Positions 41,021-53,507 of a stretch of 64,000 bases of DNA are shown here, piece by piece; within the stretch, counting starts at the first letter, position 1; each line of letters begins with the position of its first letter. Origin of the DNA: an uncultured Armatimonadia bacterium (lineage in GTDB: Bacteria > Armatimonadota > Zipacnadia > CAVVLO01); contig CAVVLO010000002.1 in assembly GCA_963749155.1 (NCBI GenBank), positions 608,001 to 672,000 on the forward strand, written 5' to 3'. The notes beneath the pieces were generated by a model. That model was given only the letters and a program-made list of their open reading frames with translations, did not search any database and was not told the origin of the DNA. The translations under genes and the position numbers were made by a program.

Positions 41021-43637
41021 TTGACCGACCTCAAACTGCGCGAGCATCGCGTATTCACCGGACAACACCTCAGAGCCCTGTCTATGCCCCTTGGAGGCAT
41101 CGGCGCAGGCAACATATCCCTTGCCGGCGACGGCGGGCTTCGCCACTGGCAGCTTTTCAACCAGGCCGAGCATGTCGCGCATATCCCCCATAGCTTTTTT
41201 GCCCTGTGGACGCAACGTTTTGGATGGGAAGATCCTGTGCTCCGCGTGCTGCAGAGCGGCGCCCTGTATGATAAGGAGGACTTCGAAGCTGCCCCTCTTT
41301 GCACCGACCACCTCGTGCCCCAGGCCAGCCGCGATTTACTGGCCGCCTGCCCTGGCGTCGAGTCGGTCGAGTTCGAAGGCGAATATCCCTTTGCGCGCGT
41401 CAGGTACCAGGACGCGGCACTGCCAGTTGAAGTTGCCCTTGAGGCTTTCTCCCCCGTCATCCCGCTCGATGAGAAAGACTCCAGCTTGCCGACAGTGCTT
41501 TTCACTTTCAGACTGACCAATCCCGGCGAGCATTCCGTCAGTTGCTGCCTGGCGGCCAGCCTTCAGAACGCTGTAGGCTTCGTCCCTGGCACCACTGTCA
41601 CAGGTGTGTTGAATTCCGGCTACGGCGGCAACCATAATAGCCTCTTCCACCTTCAGGAGGGCGTCGGGATTTCGATGCAGAACGCGAGGCTGGAGGCCAA
41701 CTCGGCTCAGGCCGGCTCGATGGCGCTGTTTACCACCAGCAAGCAGGCCCTGGCCAAAACCCAGTGGGACGACCTGCCAGCCTTCTTCACTGAACTCAGG
41801 CGCACCGGCCGGCTGGAAGGGCGCGATGCGACTCCCAGTGCCTCAGGTCACACCTGGGATGGAGCGCTCGCGGTACCCTTCAATCTGGCGCCAGGCGCCT
41901 GCGAGGAAGTCACTTTCATCCTGGCCTGGCACTTCCCCAATCGCTTTGTTAACTGGCATCAGGGCTGGTTTGGCATCCCCGAAAACAAGAGCCAGTATTA
42001 TCTCGGCAACCGCTACAATAACTGGTTCGCTGGCGCGACAGAGGTCGTGGACTATGTCAGCCGGTAACCTGCCCAGGCTGAGGGAGCAGACTTCAACCTT
42101 TGTATCTGCGCTGTTCGATTCTCCTCTGCCTTACAGCCTGCTGGATGCGGTCAGCTCGCAGGTTTCGACGATCTTCTCGCCGACCTGTATCCAGGACGAA
42201 GCGGGCAACCTGTTCGGCTTCGAGGGGTGCTGTGGAGCAAGCGCTGGCGGGCCGCTGGCGATGTGTGGCTGCTGTCCGCTGAACTGTACCCATGTGTGGA
42301 ACTACGAGATGACCCTCTCGAAGCTTTATCCGCGCCTCGAGCGCAGCGTCAGGGAGATCGACCTGCATACTCAGATGACCAGCGAGGGCGGAATCCCTCA
42401 CCGGACTGTGGCGCCCCTCCTGCTGCCGCGCTGGCAGGACCGCGGGCCCGAGTCGGATGTCGTGGCGGCCGATGGTCATTTCGGGACGATACTGAAGTCA
42501 TATCGCGAGTGGCTGGTTTCGGGAGATGAGGACTTCCTCACTCGCGCCTTCCCGAAGGTGAGACTGGCGTTGGAATTCGCCGTTAGCCGCTGGGATCAGG
42601 ACAGCGACGGGATGCTGGACGGCGCCCAGTGGAATACCTTTGACCTCAACTTCTGGGGCTTCAATACCTTCTGTACCTCGCTCTACCTGGCGGCGCTGCG
42701 GGCGGCCGAGGAGATGGCCAGGCGCCTCGGCGAGACCGAGCTTGCCGACGAGTGGCATTCCCGCTTCGAATCAGGACGCGCGAAGGTCGAACAGGAACTA
42801 TGGAACGGCGAATATTACGAGCAACACTTCGAGGAGGCAGCCCATCCTGATTATCAGTATGGCAAGGGTTGCCTGTCCGACCAGCTCTTTGGCCAGTGGT
42901 GGGCCAACCTGCTGGATTTGGGCTACATCCTCGACCCGGCGCGCGTTAAGACGACCCTGGCATCGATATACAAGTACAACTATATGGCTCACATCGGGGA
43001 CTTCAAGCAGCAACCGCGGGCCTTCGCCAATCCCGAGGAGGCCGGCCTGCTGACGACTACCTGGCCTTATGGAGGACGGCAGGAAGTGCCGATGCTGTAC
43101 TGCGACGAATTTTGGACAGGCATCGAATTCAAGGTCGCAAGCGAGCTGCTTATGGAAGGCTATCTGGACGAGGCTCGGACCATCTGGGAAGCGGCCCGGA
43201 ATCGCTACGATGGACGCAGGCGCAGCCCCTGGAACGATCTGGAGTGCGGAGACCATTATGCCCGTCCAATGAGCAGTTGGGCGCTGCTGGAGGCGGCCTC
43301 GGGGTTCTTCTACAGCGCGCCCGAGAGCTTGCTCCGGTTCGCTCCCAGGCTGAACTGGGACGACTTTGCGAGCTTCTTCATCACTGGCACGGGCTGGGGC
43401 AGGTTCAGCCAGCAGCGCACCGAGACAGGCCTTGCGGTCAAGCTCGAAGTGCTATGGGGCAAGGTGGAGTTCAAGACCTTGGAGCTGGGACTTCCCACCG
43501 GCATCACCAGGACAAAACTCTTGCGCGCCGATACCAAGGTGGAAGTCGAAGCAGGCCGCGCTCGCCTGAAGTCCGACTTGCCAGTGAAGCTGGAAGCCGG
43601 CGAGACACTGGAACTGGAGCTTGGGTTTCAGGAATAG
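41021..43637 (+). CDS. GH116 family glycoside hydrolase (frameshift near 42061)
   Basis: MPLGGIGAGNI, YPFARV, AFSPVIP, GFEG, CPLNCTHVWNY, NTFD, LWNGEYY, GCLSDQLFGQW, RYDGRRRSPW..ECGDHYARPMSSW. Confidence 0.88.
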
Positions 43638-43647
43638 GAGATAGCTG

Positions 43648-45751
43648 ATGAAGATGGCTCTAATCGGGTTATTACTGGTAGCGCTTGCCAGTGTTGCCCT
43701 CGCTGATACGAGTTGGCTCGAGGGCAGCTTCGCGCGCGTGGTCTGGGGCTCGGATTCGAGCAACGTCGACCGGGAACTTGCTCTGGCTGATCCGATCGCG
43801 GCGATGGGGCCGGATATGGTCATCCCCACAGCCCACCTCAAGGGCTATGCTTTCTGGCCTTCGAAGCTTGCGACTATCGCGCCGGACCTGGCGGTCCCAG
43901 ACGCTGTCGGGCCGCTGACACAGCAGCTTCACGCCAAAGGCCTGAAAGTCGTCTTCTACGTCGGGGCGCCTTTTGTGCAGGCGGCGCTCAGGGAGAAGCT
44001 AGAGTGGCGTATCCGCGATGGCAACGGCAACCCGGCGGGCGATGAGGGCACCGTCTGTCTCATGTCGCCAGGGTTCGACTGGGTGGTCGAGTACCTTTGT
44101 GAGCTGGCCAGCCATGCGCCAATTGATGGTATCTGGCTGGACGGCTTCCCCCAGATGGCGCTCGGTTGTTCTTGCCACTGGTGCGCCGACGCCTACAAGG
44201 CCGACACGGGCCTGCCGCTGCCGCGCAGCCTCTCGGCCGACGATCCGGAATATCGCAGGTTTGTCCTGTGGTGGCATCAGCAGTGCCTCGCGAAGGGCAA
44301 GCAGCTCGTGGACGCCCTGCACAAAGTGAATCCCGATTTGGCAGTTTTCGCCAATTCGACGGTGGGACGCAGCTCTGAAGACTGGCGCTTCACCCCTGAT
44401 GGGCTGAATGCAGTGCTGGACAGCCCCTCGCTGGAGCAGTTCTGGCATGTGGACAGGCAGGGCGATCCCGTTGAATCCCCTGTTCGCCATACTGAGAGCG
44501 CGTTCGACCGCGGCAGGCCAGCCAGTTGAGGTATTTACCCCGCTGGTGCCACACACGATGGACTGCACGACGGCGCTTCCGCGCGTCGAGACACTGGCCA
44601 GGGGGCTTACAGTGCTCTCGGCGGGAGCCGTGCCCCAATGTATGTACGGCCCTGGGCGAGACGATTATCTGATCGAACTACTGGATGCGCTCAAGGCCCG
44701 CCAGCCATATCTCGAAGGCGCAGAGCAGGTGCGTTGGTGCGGCATCGCGGCCAGCAGCCTGACCGGGCTGATGTATGGCCGCGCCCAGGCGGACGCTCGC
44801 TACTGGCGCGAGGTGAAGGGCTGGCTGCGCGCCTTTACCGAGGCGCATCTCCCGGTGGAACTGCTGTCCGATGCCCAGCTCGAAGCAGGCGATTTCGAAG
44901 GCTTGCAGGTCATCGCGCTTCCGGCAACTGCGTGCCTGTCGGAGAAAGCTCAGAACCAGCTCCGCGCTTTTGTGGATGCAGGCGGAGGATTGCTTGCTAC
45001 TTCGGTGACCTCGCTTGCAGACGAGGAAGGGGAACTAGGCACACAGTTTGGGTTGGAGGATATCCTGGGAACGAGTTTCCAACGGTTGGAGGAGCGAGGG
45101 CCCTTGCCGAGTGACTGGCCGCTCTACCCCAAGGCTCATCCGCTGGCCGAGGGCGAGTGGGTAGAAGAGGCCAAATGGCGCCAGTGGAGCGGCCTGGGCC
45201 ATCCCTTGAACGGCGTGGGGCTGCCTGGGCGTTATGTATATACGACGCCTGCGTCCGACCGGCAGGTCGCCTGGACCATCGAAGGCGAGCAGCCTGCGAT
45301 CTTCAGCGGTAATTTCGGGGCTGGGAAGGTCGTCTACTTCAGCCCTGAGGTCGGCGCGGCTTACTACAACTTTGGTTATCCCTACCTGCGCCACCTGATG
45401 ACCGAAGCGGCCTTGATGGTTGCGCCGGCAGCGCCCGAGCTTCGCGTCGAAGGCTCTTTGATGCTGCAGGCAACCTACTGGCGCCAGCCTCTTGCGGCAG
45501 GCGGCAGCCGGCTGATCGTGCAACTGCTGAACGAAGCCAGCAGCTTTGGGCGAGTGTCGCTTGGAGACGATGCAATGCCACTGCGAGAAGAAGTCCTTCC
45601 GCTTGGCGGCATCCTGGTGGAAGCCCCAGAGGGGAGTAGCTTCAACCTGCAGCCTGAAGGCCTTGCGCTGCAACCCACCGCAACAAGTGCTGGCCGAGTG
45701 AAGGTCGAACTGCCTCCCCTGGGCCTGCACACGCTGCTGGTGATCGAATAA
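43648..45751 (+). CDS. Secreted glycoside hydrolase-like protein (GHL6/GH42-type TIM barrel plus beta-galactosidase trimerisation-like domain; frameshift near 44468)
   Basis: Signal peptide, GYAFWPSK, DGIWLDG, CSCHWC, ALPATACLS..QLRAFVDAGGGLLAT..TSL, FGAGKVVYF. Confidence 0.75.
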
Positions 45752-45754
45752 GCC

Positions 45755-48303
45755 CTAATCGCTGCGCAGCAATCTGAGGGCACGCAGCTTCACCTCGCCC
45801 AGGGTCTGACGCGGGTCCAGGCGCAGGCTGGTGATGGTCTGGCCCGCCCACTGCGGGTGCGCGCCGACCTCCAGCCGGTAAGTGTGAAGCTGCCCATCAG
45901 CCGCCGGATTGATATGGAAGACACGTTCTTCCGCGACGCCCGGCGCGGTCCTGGTGGTGAAGTAAAGCTGCACCAGTTCGCCCTCGGGCGAGGCGAGTTC
46001 AACCTCCAGCCCATCGCCCGGGCGTCCTTCGACCTCGAGCGGGGGCGAGTAGAGCTGCGGATCTTCAGCCACTACCCCAAGGCTCATCCCATCAGAGGCG
46101 AAGACTGGGGTAGCGAAGCCTCTGACCAGTTTCCATCCCTGCTGGTCCTGGGTGAAGTCAAAATCAATAACTGTCAGCCCTGGTGGTTGCTCGTAAGTTA
46201 GAGAGAGCTCCTCTCCAGCAACCCAGGCCTTGCCGCCCGGCACGTCAGCCTCCAGAGCAAGTTCACCCTCCAGCCAGCACTGGATGCGGTCGCTGCCTTC
46301 GAGTGCCAGGCCACGCGGATCCAGATAGCGCAGCTTGCGCGAGGCGTCTTCCAGATAGTCCACTCGGTGTTCGGTGCCAGGCCAAAAGGCACTGTAAGCG
46401 AGCAGGCCGGCCTCTTCTCGCCAGGCCACCCAGCCATACCTTGGCAGACTTATCTCTCCCTGCGGTGTGGTGACTGGGAAGACGCCCTCCAGCCGGTTGC
46501 AGACAAAGTTGTAGCCGTTCGTATAGCGCACCCAGATACGCCCGAACTCCTCCGGCTGGGGATTCCAGGCCTCGGTGTTGGGGACGAAGCCTTCACGCGC
46601 AAGCTGCTCATAGTCCTTCCATTGGCCAGTGCTGAAGTAGAGCACCTCCTCCACCTGCTGAAGCGCATAATGGCGCTGCAGGTCGCCAACCAGCAGCAGT
46701 TCGGTCAGCAGATAATCCCAGGGGAAGTCCGGGTAGTAGAAGATATAACCCCCGTTGCCATAGAGAAGCTCAACCAAGCGATAATCGTCGCGCAAGGCTT
46801 CCTCGCGGTAGTTGGCCCACTCGGGCCAGGGCGGTGGGCCGAAGAAGCGGTACATCAGGCCCATCCCGTGGAAGCTCGAAAGCTGATGCAGCCGGCGCAG
46901 TTTGTATTCGGGCGAGGTCAGGCGGTTATGGCCACCCATTATCCCGAAGTCGCCATAATCTACCCAATAGCCCAGCAGATGCTCGTCAATCAGCGTCTCG
47001 GAACCGAGCGGCCCCCCCTGGGTCTCCTTCATCAGGCGACAGAAAGCCTTCTGCCTGTCCATTGTGGCGCGGATAGAGGGCTCTCCAGAAGCGCTGGTGG
47101 CATAGTCATGATAACCACTGGGCACCGCGCCCGAGGTAAGCTGGTCGCTAAAGGCGGCGTTTGGATGCCAGGTGGACTGGATCTCGGCTTCCTGTCGCTC
47201 TCCAAGCGCTTGCCAGGTGAGGTTGCTCGTGTACCACTCGAGGGGTTCCGTCCGCGCCTTTGCCCTGCCAGGTCACACCACGTTTTACACTGGGGCTGGC
47301 GTCGCGGCACAGCATATAGTTGGTGCGGAAGGCGAACCTGCCAAGCGCCTTGCCCGCATCACACAGGCGCTGATACTCCTCCAAAGTCCCCAGTGCCGGG
47401 TTGGGCGGAAATTCCGGCAGCCAAAGAGAATCCGGCAGCAAGGCATCGAAGCCGCCCGCCTGCCAGTCCTCGACCACCGACAGGCAGGGGGTAAGGCCGA
47501 GACAGCAGCGCTTTACTCGTTCGAGCAGCCAGGTCATCTGATCCGCTGTGCCGCCCCACAAGTCGAGGAAGACCTGCTGGCCGAGTTCTTCCCGGTATTC
47601 GCTGGGCGGGTTGGACAGCCTGGGGACAACATCCCAGAGGCGCTCGGAGACGCGCAGCTCCAGTACTTCGCTCACTTCGTTATAAAGGCCGTCCAGCCTT
47701 GGGCTGTAGGTAGGGCGCCTTGCAGGCTCGAAGTTGCCCTCTCCCCGGGGCGCTTTATTTGGCGCATCGAAGCCCGTACAGTTGCTCTGCCTCGAGTATC
47801 CAGCGCGCGTCAAGCCAGGCCGAGTACTCCGGCAGCCAGGCTGTCTTGTCCCACCAGACCTGCCCATGCGCCTCGGCGTAGCGAGTCAGGTCATACCGTT
47901 GCCAGGGGCCAGCGACCTCGCAAACTCCCGCCGAAAGCTGGGTAACCCGCAGCGGCACCGGCGCTTCGAAACTGAAGCGCAAGCAGTCCTCGCCCGGCTC
48001 GATGGTTACTCTCCAGGAGATAGCTTCTTCGCCTGGCTGGCTTTCATATTCGCAGACCAGCGCCTGACCCCGTGGCCTGGCCTCCCTCAGAGTAACAGCG
48101 CCACTGGTGACGGCCTCTGGCATCTGAAACTGGGGCCCAAGCCCCGCCAGGGCGATGAAACTTGCCTCACCGAGCGACACCCGGACGGCGCGCGCCTCAG
48201 GCTCGTAGGAATACTCTACGCCCTGGACTACCCAGCTCATCGCAGCCGCCCTCCCGATACTCCCGGCAAGCAACAGCAAACCTAACACAAGACCCCAACG
48301 CAT
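45755..48303 (-). CDS. Secreted putative carbohydrate-active protein (frameshifts near 47790 and 47243)
   Basis: Signal peptide; WQAGGFDALLPD; C-terminal QLYFTT..DGQLHTYRL..WAGQTITSLRLDP module. Three ORFs join by single-base removals (..WILEQSNCTG.., ..GTLEWYTSNL..). Confidence 0.6.
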
Positions 48304-50708
48304 CAGTCAGTCTCCTGAGAGGCAAAGTCGAAAGCTACAAAATCAAGCCCTGCCATATAGTTGCTTGAGCGCTCGTTTTTCCCCGGTCACCAGCAGCTTC
48401 AGCTCGTGGTTGCCACTTGTCAATTCCAACATGCCGAGTTTCACAAGGCCAGGTTCGACACCGCTTGCATAGCCGTCGTAACTTGCAAGCTTCTGTCCAT
48501 CAAGGAAGACGTCCACCTGCCCATAGTCGGGCGCGCTGGTTATCGCAATGAGAGACCAGATAGCGTCCCTCCTGCTCAACTGGCATGGCGAGGGTAAAAC
48601 TGGCACCCGGCTCTCCAGGCGTTAGCCAAAGATGAGAGTTATGACTCCACCGGGCTGCGCCGAAAGGCTGCAGATCTTGCACAACCGGTTTCATGGTTTC
48701 GGGAGCCCAGCTTGCCAGAGGCAGCTTTTCCCCTTCCAGTACGATGTCGCCGCGAGCTTTCACCAGTTGGAAGCAATCAAGAGCGGCCTGCCAACCAAGA
48801 CTTGCCTTGTCGCGCCCGGTGATCTCAAACACCAAATCGGCCTGTCCGGCATCAAGACGCACCGAGCCGGCGTTCGCCAGATCCTGGCGGATGGGCACCG
48901 GTGCATAGCAGTCCACTTCCACCTCGTCGGTAGTGCCTACCAGCCTGAAACGGCAGCCTGTGGGCAAGCCGACCGGATAAAGCAACACCTCATAGGAAGC
49001 CGAATCTTCGACTGTTACAGGCACTACAAATTGTTGGGTCTTCTTGCGGTAGAAGGCAATAGCCCGCCCATCGCTTAGCGCGCAGGGCAGCATAGCATCG
49101 TTAAGGTAGGACAGCCCCGTCTGGCCCTGAGGCCTGACAGCCCGCTCGGCCTCTGTCACATCCGCCTGCATCCTGGGCCAGGCCAACAGTCGCTGTTCAG
49201 GTACGGGTTGGAAGAAGTCGGTCCCGTTCGGCGCCGCGTACCAGCAAGCCAGAGTGCTGTATTCGATGCTCGCATCGCGGAAGGCGTAGTTCTCCAGCGT
49301 GATTTTGAAGTCGCGCTGATAGGGCACCGGCTCGGCGATCTGCCAGCGATAGACTGACCAGTGATTGGAGAAGCCAGGCCCCTCTCCCAGTGTGTTGCCG
49401 TGATAGGCGTGCTCGAAGTGGCGGAATCCCCAGGCATCGCCGAAATAGTCCTCTGTTCCCGTGCCAAAGATTGAGGGGAAGCCCTCGCCATCCACCCAGA
49501 CTTTCTCGTCGCCCTCGCCAAACCAGCCCTCAAACCGCGAGGTGATAGAGAGCGCGCAACCCAGGAACTTGCCCGTCCCCTGTGCCTCGAGTACGGGGTA
49601 GTCGAAGGTCAGGCCCGGAGTCTCGTGGCGCCACTTGGCGTGGAAGAGTCCCCGGTTGCCCAGTCCTCCTTCCAGCTTATGCGTGGTCAGTTCCCAGCTC
49701 ACCGTGATATCGGAGGCGCCAGTGTTAAGCAGTTTCAGGCGCGCCGACCTGTCGAAGGGCATCGGCCAATAACAGTACATCCCCTCCGCGGTCATCCCCA
49801 GTGGCAGAGAACGATATTCGTTGAAGCCCGGGGCCGACCCAAAGAAATCGCCCACTGGAGAGTCCAGGCACAGTTCCGTATCGAAATAGCCGCGCAACAC
49901 AAGCTGGCGCAGAGTGCCCAGTGTCGCTGGGGTCACACTCAGCTTAAAAGAGTGGATGACTCCTGGTCCCTCCAGCGAGGCCAGCCCCAATAGTTGCCCG
50001 GCCTTGATGCGGGCTATGCCGTGACTGGTCTTCTGGCCCTCGTGAGTGGGTTTAGGGTCCTCTCCACAGGCTGAAAGCTTGCCCAGGGCAGTGTCCAGGG
50101 CCTGCTGGCCGGCGGGCGAGAGAGGCAATCTGAGGCTTTCAACCTGCGTGCTGGGCGGGTAGGTCAGGTATTGAAACTGATAATAGTGGCGCGGCGGCTC
50201 ATTCTCACCAAGGGAGACGATGCGCAGGCTCTTCTCATACGGCAGGGGGAAGTAGCAGTTCTTGCCTGCCCCGTGCGCGCCAACGAGCGGCGCAAGGAAG
50301 GGCGCCTCCTCTCCAGAGAGCATCCGGGCGAAATCCAGTGCCAGCCGAGGGGTGCTCTCCCCATCGAAATAGAACTCCATCCGGCCCTGCGGATTGGCGC
50401 TCCAGATGCGCGTCACACAGCCGGGGCCCTTCAGGTCGGCGATGAGGCCACGATTGCCCTCTTCCGACTCGTACTGGCCCCAGTCGCCATTGGCTGCCCA
50501 CTGGCCCCAGTCGTCCTTATTCAGGCTATGGCGATCGAAGCTGCTGGCCTGACGGCAAGTGATCCCTGGCACAAGCTCTGGTAATAGCGAGAGGTCCCAG
50601 GTCGCTTGTAAAAAGTGATTTACATCGAGCGTGGCAGGCACAGCGGACGCGAACAGGAAGCAGCAGGCCACCAGGGCCAAGCGCGATGACAGCAGTCAGA
50701 AGCTTCAT
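48303..50708 (-). CDS. Secreted DUF2961 (GH172-like) protein (frameshifts near 50679, 48552 and 48382)
   Basis: QASSFDR, GPGCVTRIWSANP, NCYFPLPY, PVGDFFG, YWPMPF, WFGEGDEKVWVDGE..GTGTEDYF. The repaired C-terminus (APDYG..GKNERSSNYMAGLDF) ends in TGATG overlapping the next start. Confidence 0.82.
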
Positions 50709-50921
50709 TTCAATCCCTCCTTCTGTGTTTGCCGTAATTGGCGCTGAACAGGGGCGCTCCTGCCCCGCCATCCCTCCCCGCGGCGCAGTCCTTCCTTCTG
50801 ACGCCAATCTGGTGTTTCGGGAGTCTCCGCTCCCGAAACTTGCTGTGCAAGAACCGAAGCGCAAGGGCGGGCATGCGCCCGCCTATTTGAAAGAAGAACA
50901 AAAAGCAAAACGACCAGGACG

Positions 50922-50978
50922 GGAAAAGCGTGGGGGTATACGTGAGCTATGCTCACGCACCCCCACACCCCCGCTAGT
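50922..50978. repeat. REP-like dispersed repeat, copy B, with inserted hairpin
   Basis: GGAAAAGCGTGGGGGTAT-ACGTGAGCTATGCTCACGC-ACCCCCACACCCCCGCTAGT. Confidence 0.7.
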
Positions 50979-51086
50979 TCGAGAGTTTCAGGAGAAGGTT
51001 GGCGAAATACTCCGGGGACGAAACTAACGGGGGCGCAAAGCCGTCCTTCTGCTATACTTGGACAAATACCGCTCGGGGGGCGCCTG

Positions 51087-51770
51087 ATGGGCATCCTGGA
51101 GAAACTCGAAAACTTGTTGAACGAGGGCCTGGAGCAGTCGCTCGCCAAGGCCTTCGCGGGGCGCGTGCACCCCGTAGAGATAGCGCGCAAGCTCGAACTA
51201 GAGGCCACGGCTCGCAAACGCGTTGCCCTCATTGGCGAACTCATCCCTGACGAGTATCTGGTCGAGCTCGCTCCTTCCGATTACGCCGAACTGGAGCCTA
51301 TCCGGGCCGGCCTGGAAGAACAACTGGCCGAGTATGTCACCGAGATGGCCGACCGCGAGGGGCTGTTTCTGCTGTCCTCTCCCAGAGTGACGCTCGCGGC
51401 AAGCGAGGCGCTGCGGCTCGGGCAGTTTAAGACCCGAGGCAACTTCTCGGGCAAGCCACCCGCCTATACCTTGAAGCTCGAGACTGGCCCTGGTAGTGGA
51501 TTTGTCTTCTCCTTCGAGCAGGAGAAGGTGGTTGTGGGCCGCGCGTCGGGCTGTGAGGTTAAACTGGACGACCAGAGAGTCTCGCGCAAGCATTTCGAGA
51601 TACGCTTTGACGGCAGTCAGTTCTGGGTAGTGGACCTCGGCAGCACCAATGGCACCTACCTGGGAGAAGAGCGCATCTCCAAATCAGCCTTGAAGCCTGG
51701 CGATGTTATAGCGGCAGGCGTTACGTCACTGCGTTTTGATGTGCCCCTGTGGCGGAAGGGGGACGGCTAG
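51087..51770 (+). CDS. fhaA: DUF3662 + FHA domain protein (FhaA)
   Basis: HPVEIARKL..PDEYLVELAPSDY; FHA motifs GR..VSRKH..DLGSTNGT; extended -10 TGcTATACT at 51050-51058. Confidence 0.88.
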   Translation: MGILEKLENLLNEGLEQSLAKAFAGRVHPVEIARKLELEATARKRVALIGELIPDEYLVELAPSDYAELEPIRAGLEEQLAEYVTEMADREGLFLLSSPRVTLAASEALRLGQFKTRGNFSGKPPAYTLKLETGPGSGFVFSFEQEKVVVGRASGCEVKLDDQRVSRKHFEIRFDGSQFWVVDLGSTNGTYLGEERISKSALKPGDVIAAGVTSLRFDVPLWRKGDG

Positions 51771-52229
51771 ATGGCCATCGCGCTCGCGCTTGGAAGGCTT
51801 GGGCTGATTGCCCTGCTGCTTTGGCTGGCCTGGGTCATCGCCACCCGCCTCATCACTCGGGGCGCTGAAGTCTCCGAAGAACAACCTCAACGGGGCAAAG
51901 CCGCGCGCAGCGGCGCATCAGAGCCCAAATGGCAACTGCAGGTGCTCTCGGTTGGCCGCACCGACCGCCTGGCCCTCGGAGAACTGCTTCCCGTCACCGG
52001 GACGCTTTTTTTTGGAAGGTCGCCCGAATGCGAGATCTACCTCGACGATAATCGCATCTCTCGCAAGCACGCGAAGCTCGAACTGCGCGGCGCAAAGCTG
52101 GTGCTGGAAGACCTCGGCAGCACCAATGGCACCTATGTCAACAACCGGCGCGTCACGACGAGCGTCGAACTTACGCCTGGCGATGTTATCGAGCTTGGCG
52201 ACACCCGGCTGAAGGCAGGACGCGGATGA
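51771..52229 (+). CDS. Membrane-anchored FHA domain protein (FhaB-like)
   Basis: N-terminal TM; GRSPEC..ISRKHA..DLGSTNGTYVN. Confidence 0.88.
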   Translation: MAIALALGRLGLIALLLWLAWVIATRLITRGAEVSEEQPQRGKAARSGASEPKWQLQVLSVGRTDRLALGELLPVTGTLFFGRSPECEIYLDDNRISRKHAKLELRGAKLVLEDLGSTNGTYVNNRRVTTSVELTPGDVIELGDTRLKAGRG

Positions 52230-53507
52230 CCGCCGGACGCAGGCTGGAGCTAGGCCTGTTGCTGGCCGGCGCAGGGGCCTACTGGATTGCGCTGGCGCTG
52301 CTTGGCACTTATACCGCGAGGGCTTTCTCCTTCGATTTCCACTTTGCGTGGCTGCCGCTGGCCTTCCTTGCGCTGTGGTTGATTCTGATAAAAGCCGCGC
52401 CCCAGGCCGATACCGTCGTGCTCGTGCCGGTGACGCTGCTATCAGAAATCGGCATGCTGGTGCTGCTGCGCATCTCCCCGGCTTATGCGATGCGGCAAGG
52501 CGCCTGGTTCGCGATTGGGCTTCTCGTCTGTCTGCTAATCCCACTCGCGCTGAAAATGCCAAGCAAGCTAAGGGTGTACAAATACACCCTCGGCGGGCTG
52601 GCAGTGCTGCTGATTGGCGCGAGTCTCGTTTTCGGCTATGAGGCGGGCGGAGCACGGCTCTGGCTCAAATTTGGGAGTTTCTCACTTCAACCCGCAGAGC
52701 CTGGCAAGCTTTTCCTCATCCTGTTTTTGGCCGCTTACCTGGCCGAAGTAGGGCCCCTTGTTCGCGACCCAGGTGGGGCTGCCCCTCAAAGCGCGGCTCA
52801 AGTACGTAATGCCGGTTGTAGCCTTCGCGCTGGTGGCGCTGCTGCTCTTTATCAGGATGAAAGACCTCGGCGCGGCAGGCCTGTTTATGGGGCTCTTCCT
52901 TGCGATGTTCTACCTGGCCAGCGGAGACCGCAAGTTGGTCGGGCTGGGCGCGGGAGTCTTCCTGGCGGGGGCCGTTGCAGCGAGTTTTGCCCTGCCCCAT
53001 GTTCAGAACCGCCTGAACGCCTTCTGGGCGCCCTGGGTTCATTATGACGGGCCTGGTTATCAGGTCGCGCAGGCGCTGATGAGCCTGGGCAATGGCGGCC
53101 TGGTCGGGACAGGGCTTGGAGCAGGACTCGGAGGCATCTGGCTGGGCGCCAATTCGTTGGTGCCGAACGCGCTCACCGATATGCCCTTCATTATTATTTG
53201 CGAGGAATTGGGCGCTATCGCTGGACTGGCGGTGCTGGTGCTGTTCGCAGCGCTGGTGGCGAGGCTTTTTTATAGCGCGCTGACCCTCAGAGCGGCTTTC
53301 GGCAAGCTGGTTGCTGCTGGCATCGCTTCGCTGGTGGCGTTGCACGTGGTGCTGATCGTGGGCGGAGTCTTGAAAGTCTTGCCCCTCACAGGCATCACGA
53401 CTCCCTTCATCAGCTACGGCGGCAGCAGCCTGCTGACCAATTTCGCGCTGGTAGGGCTGTATCTGGCCCTTACCCGGGAGGAGGGGCGTTATGCACCAGG
53501 AGCCTGA
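52226..53507 (+). CDS. rodA: SEDS family peptidoglycan polymerase RodA/FtsW (frameshift near 52755)
   Basis: GARLWL..QPAEPGK, KDLG, GYQVAQ..GGLVGTGLG, TDM..EELG, PLTGITTPFISYGGSSL. Confidence 0.88.

Noticed and set aside
46367..47494. 375-aa plus-strand ORF
   Set aside because: Antisense shadow spanning a frameshift of the real minus-strand gene.
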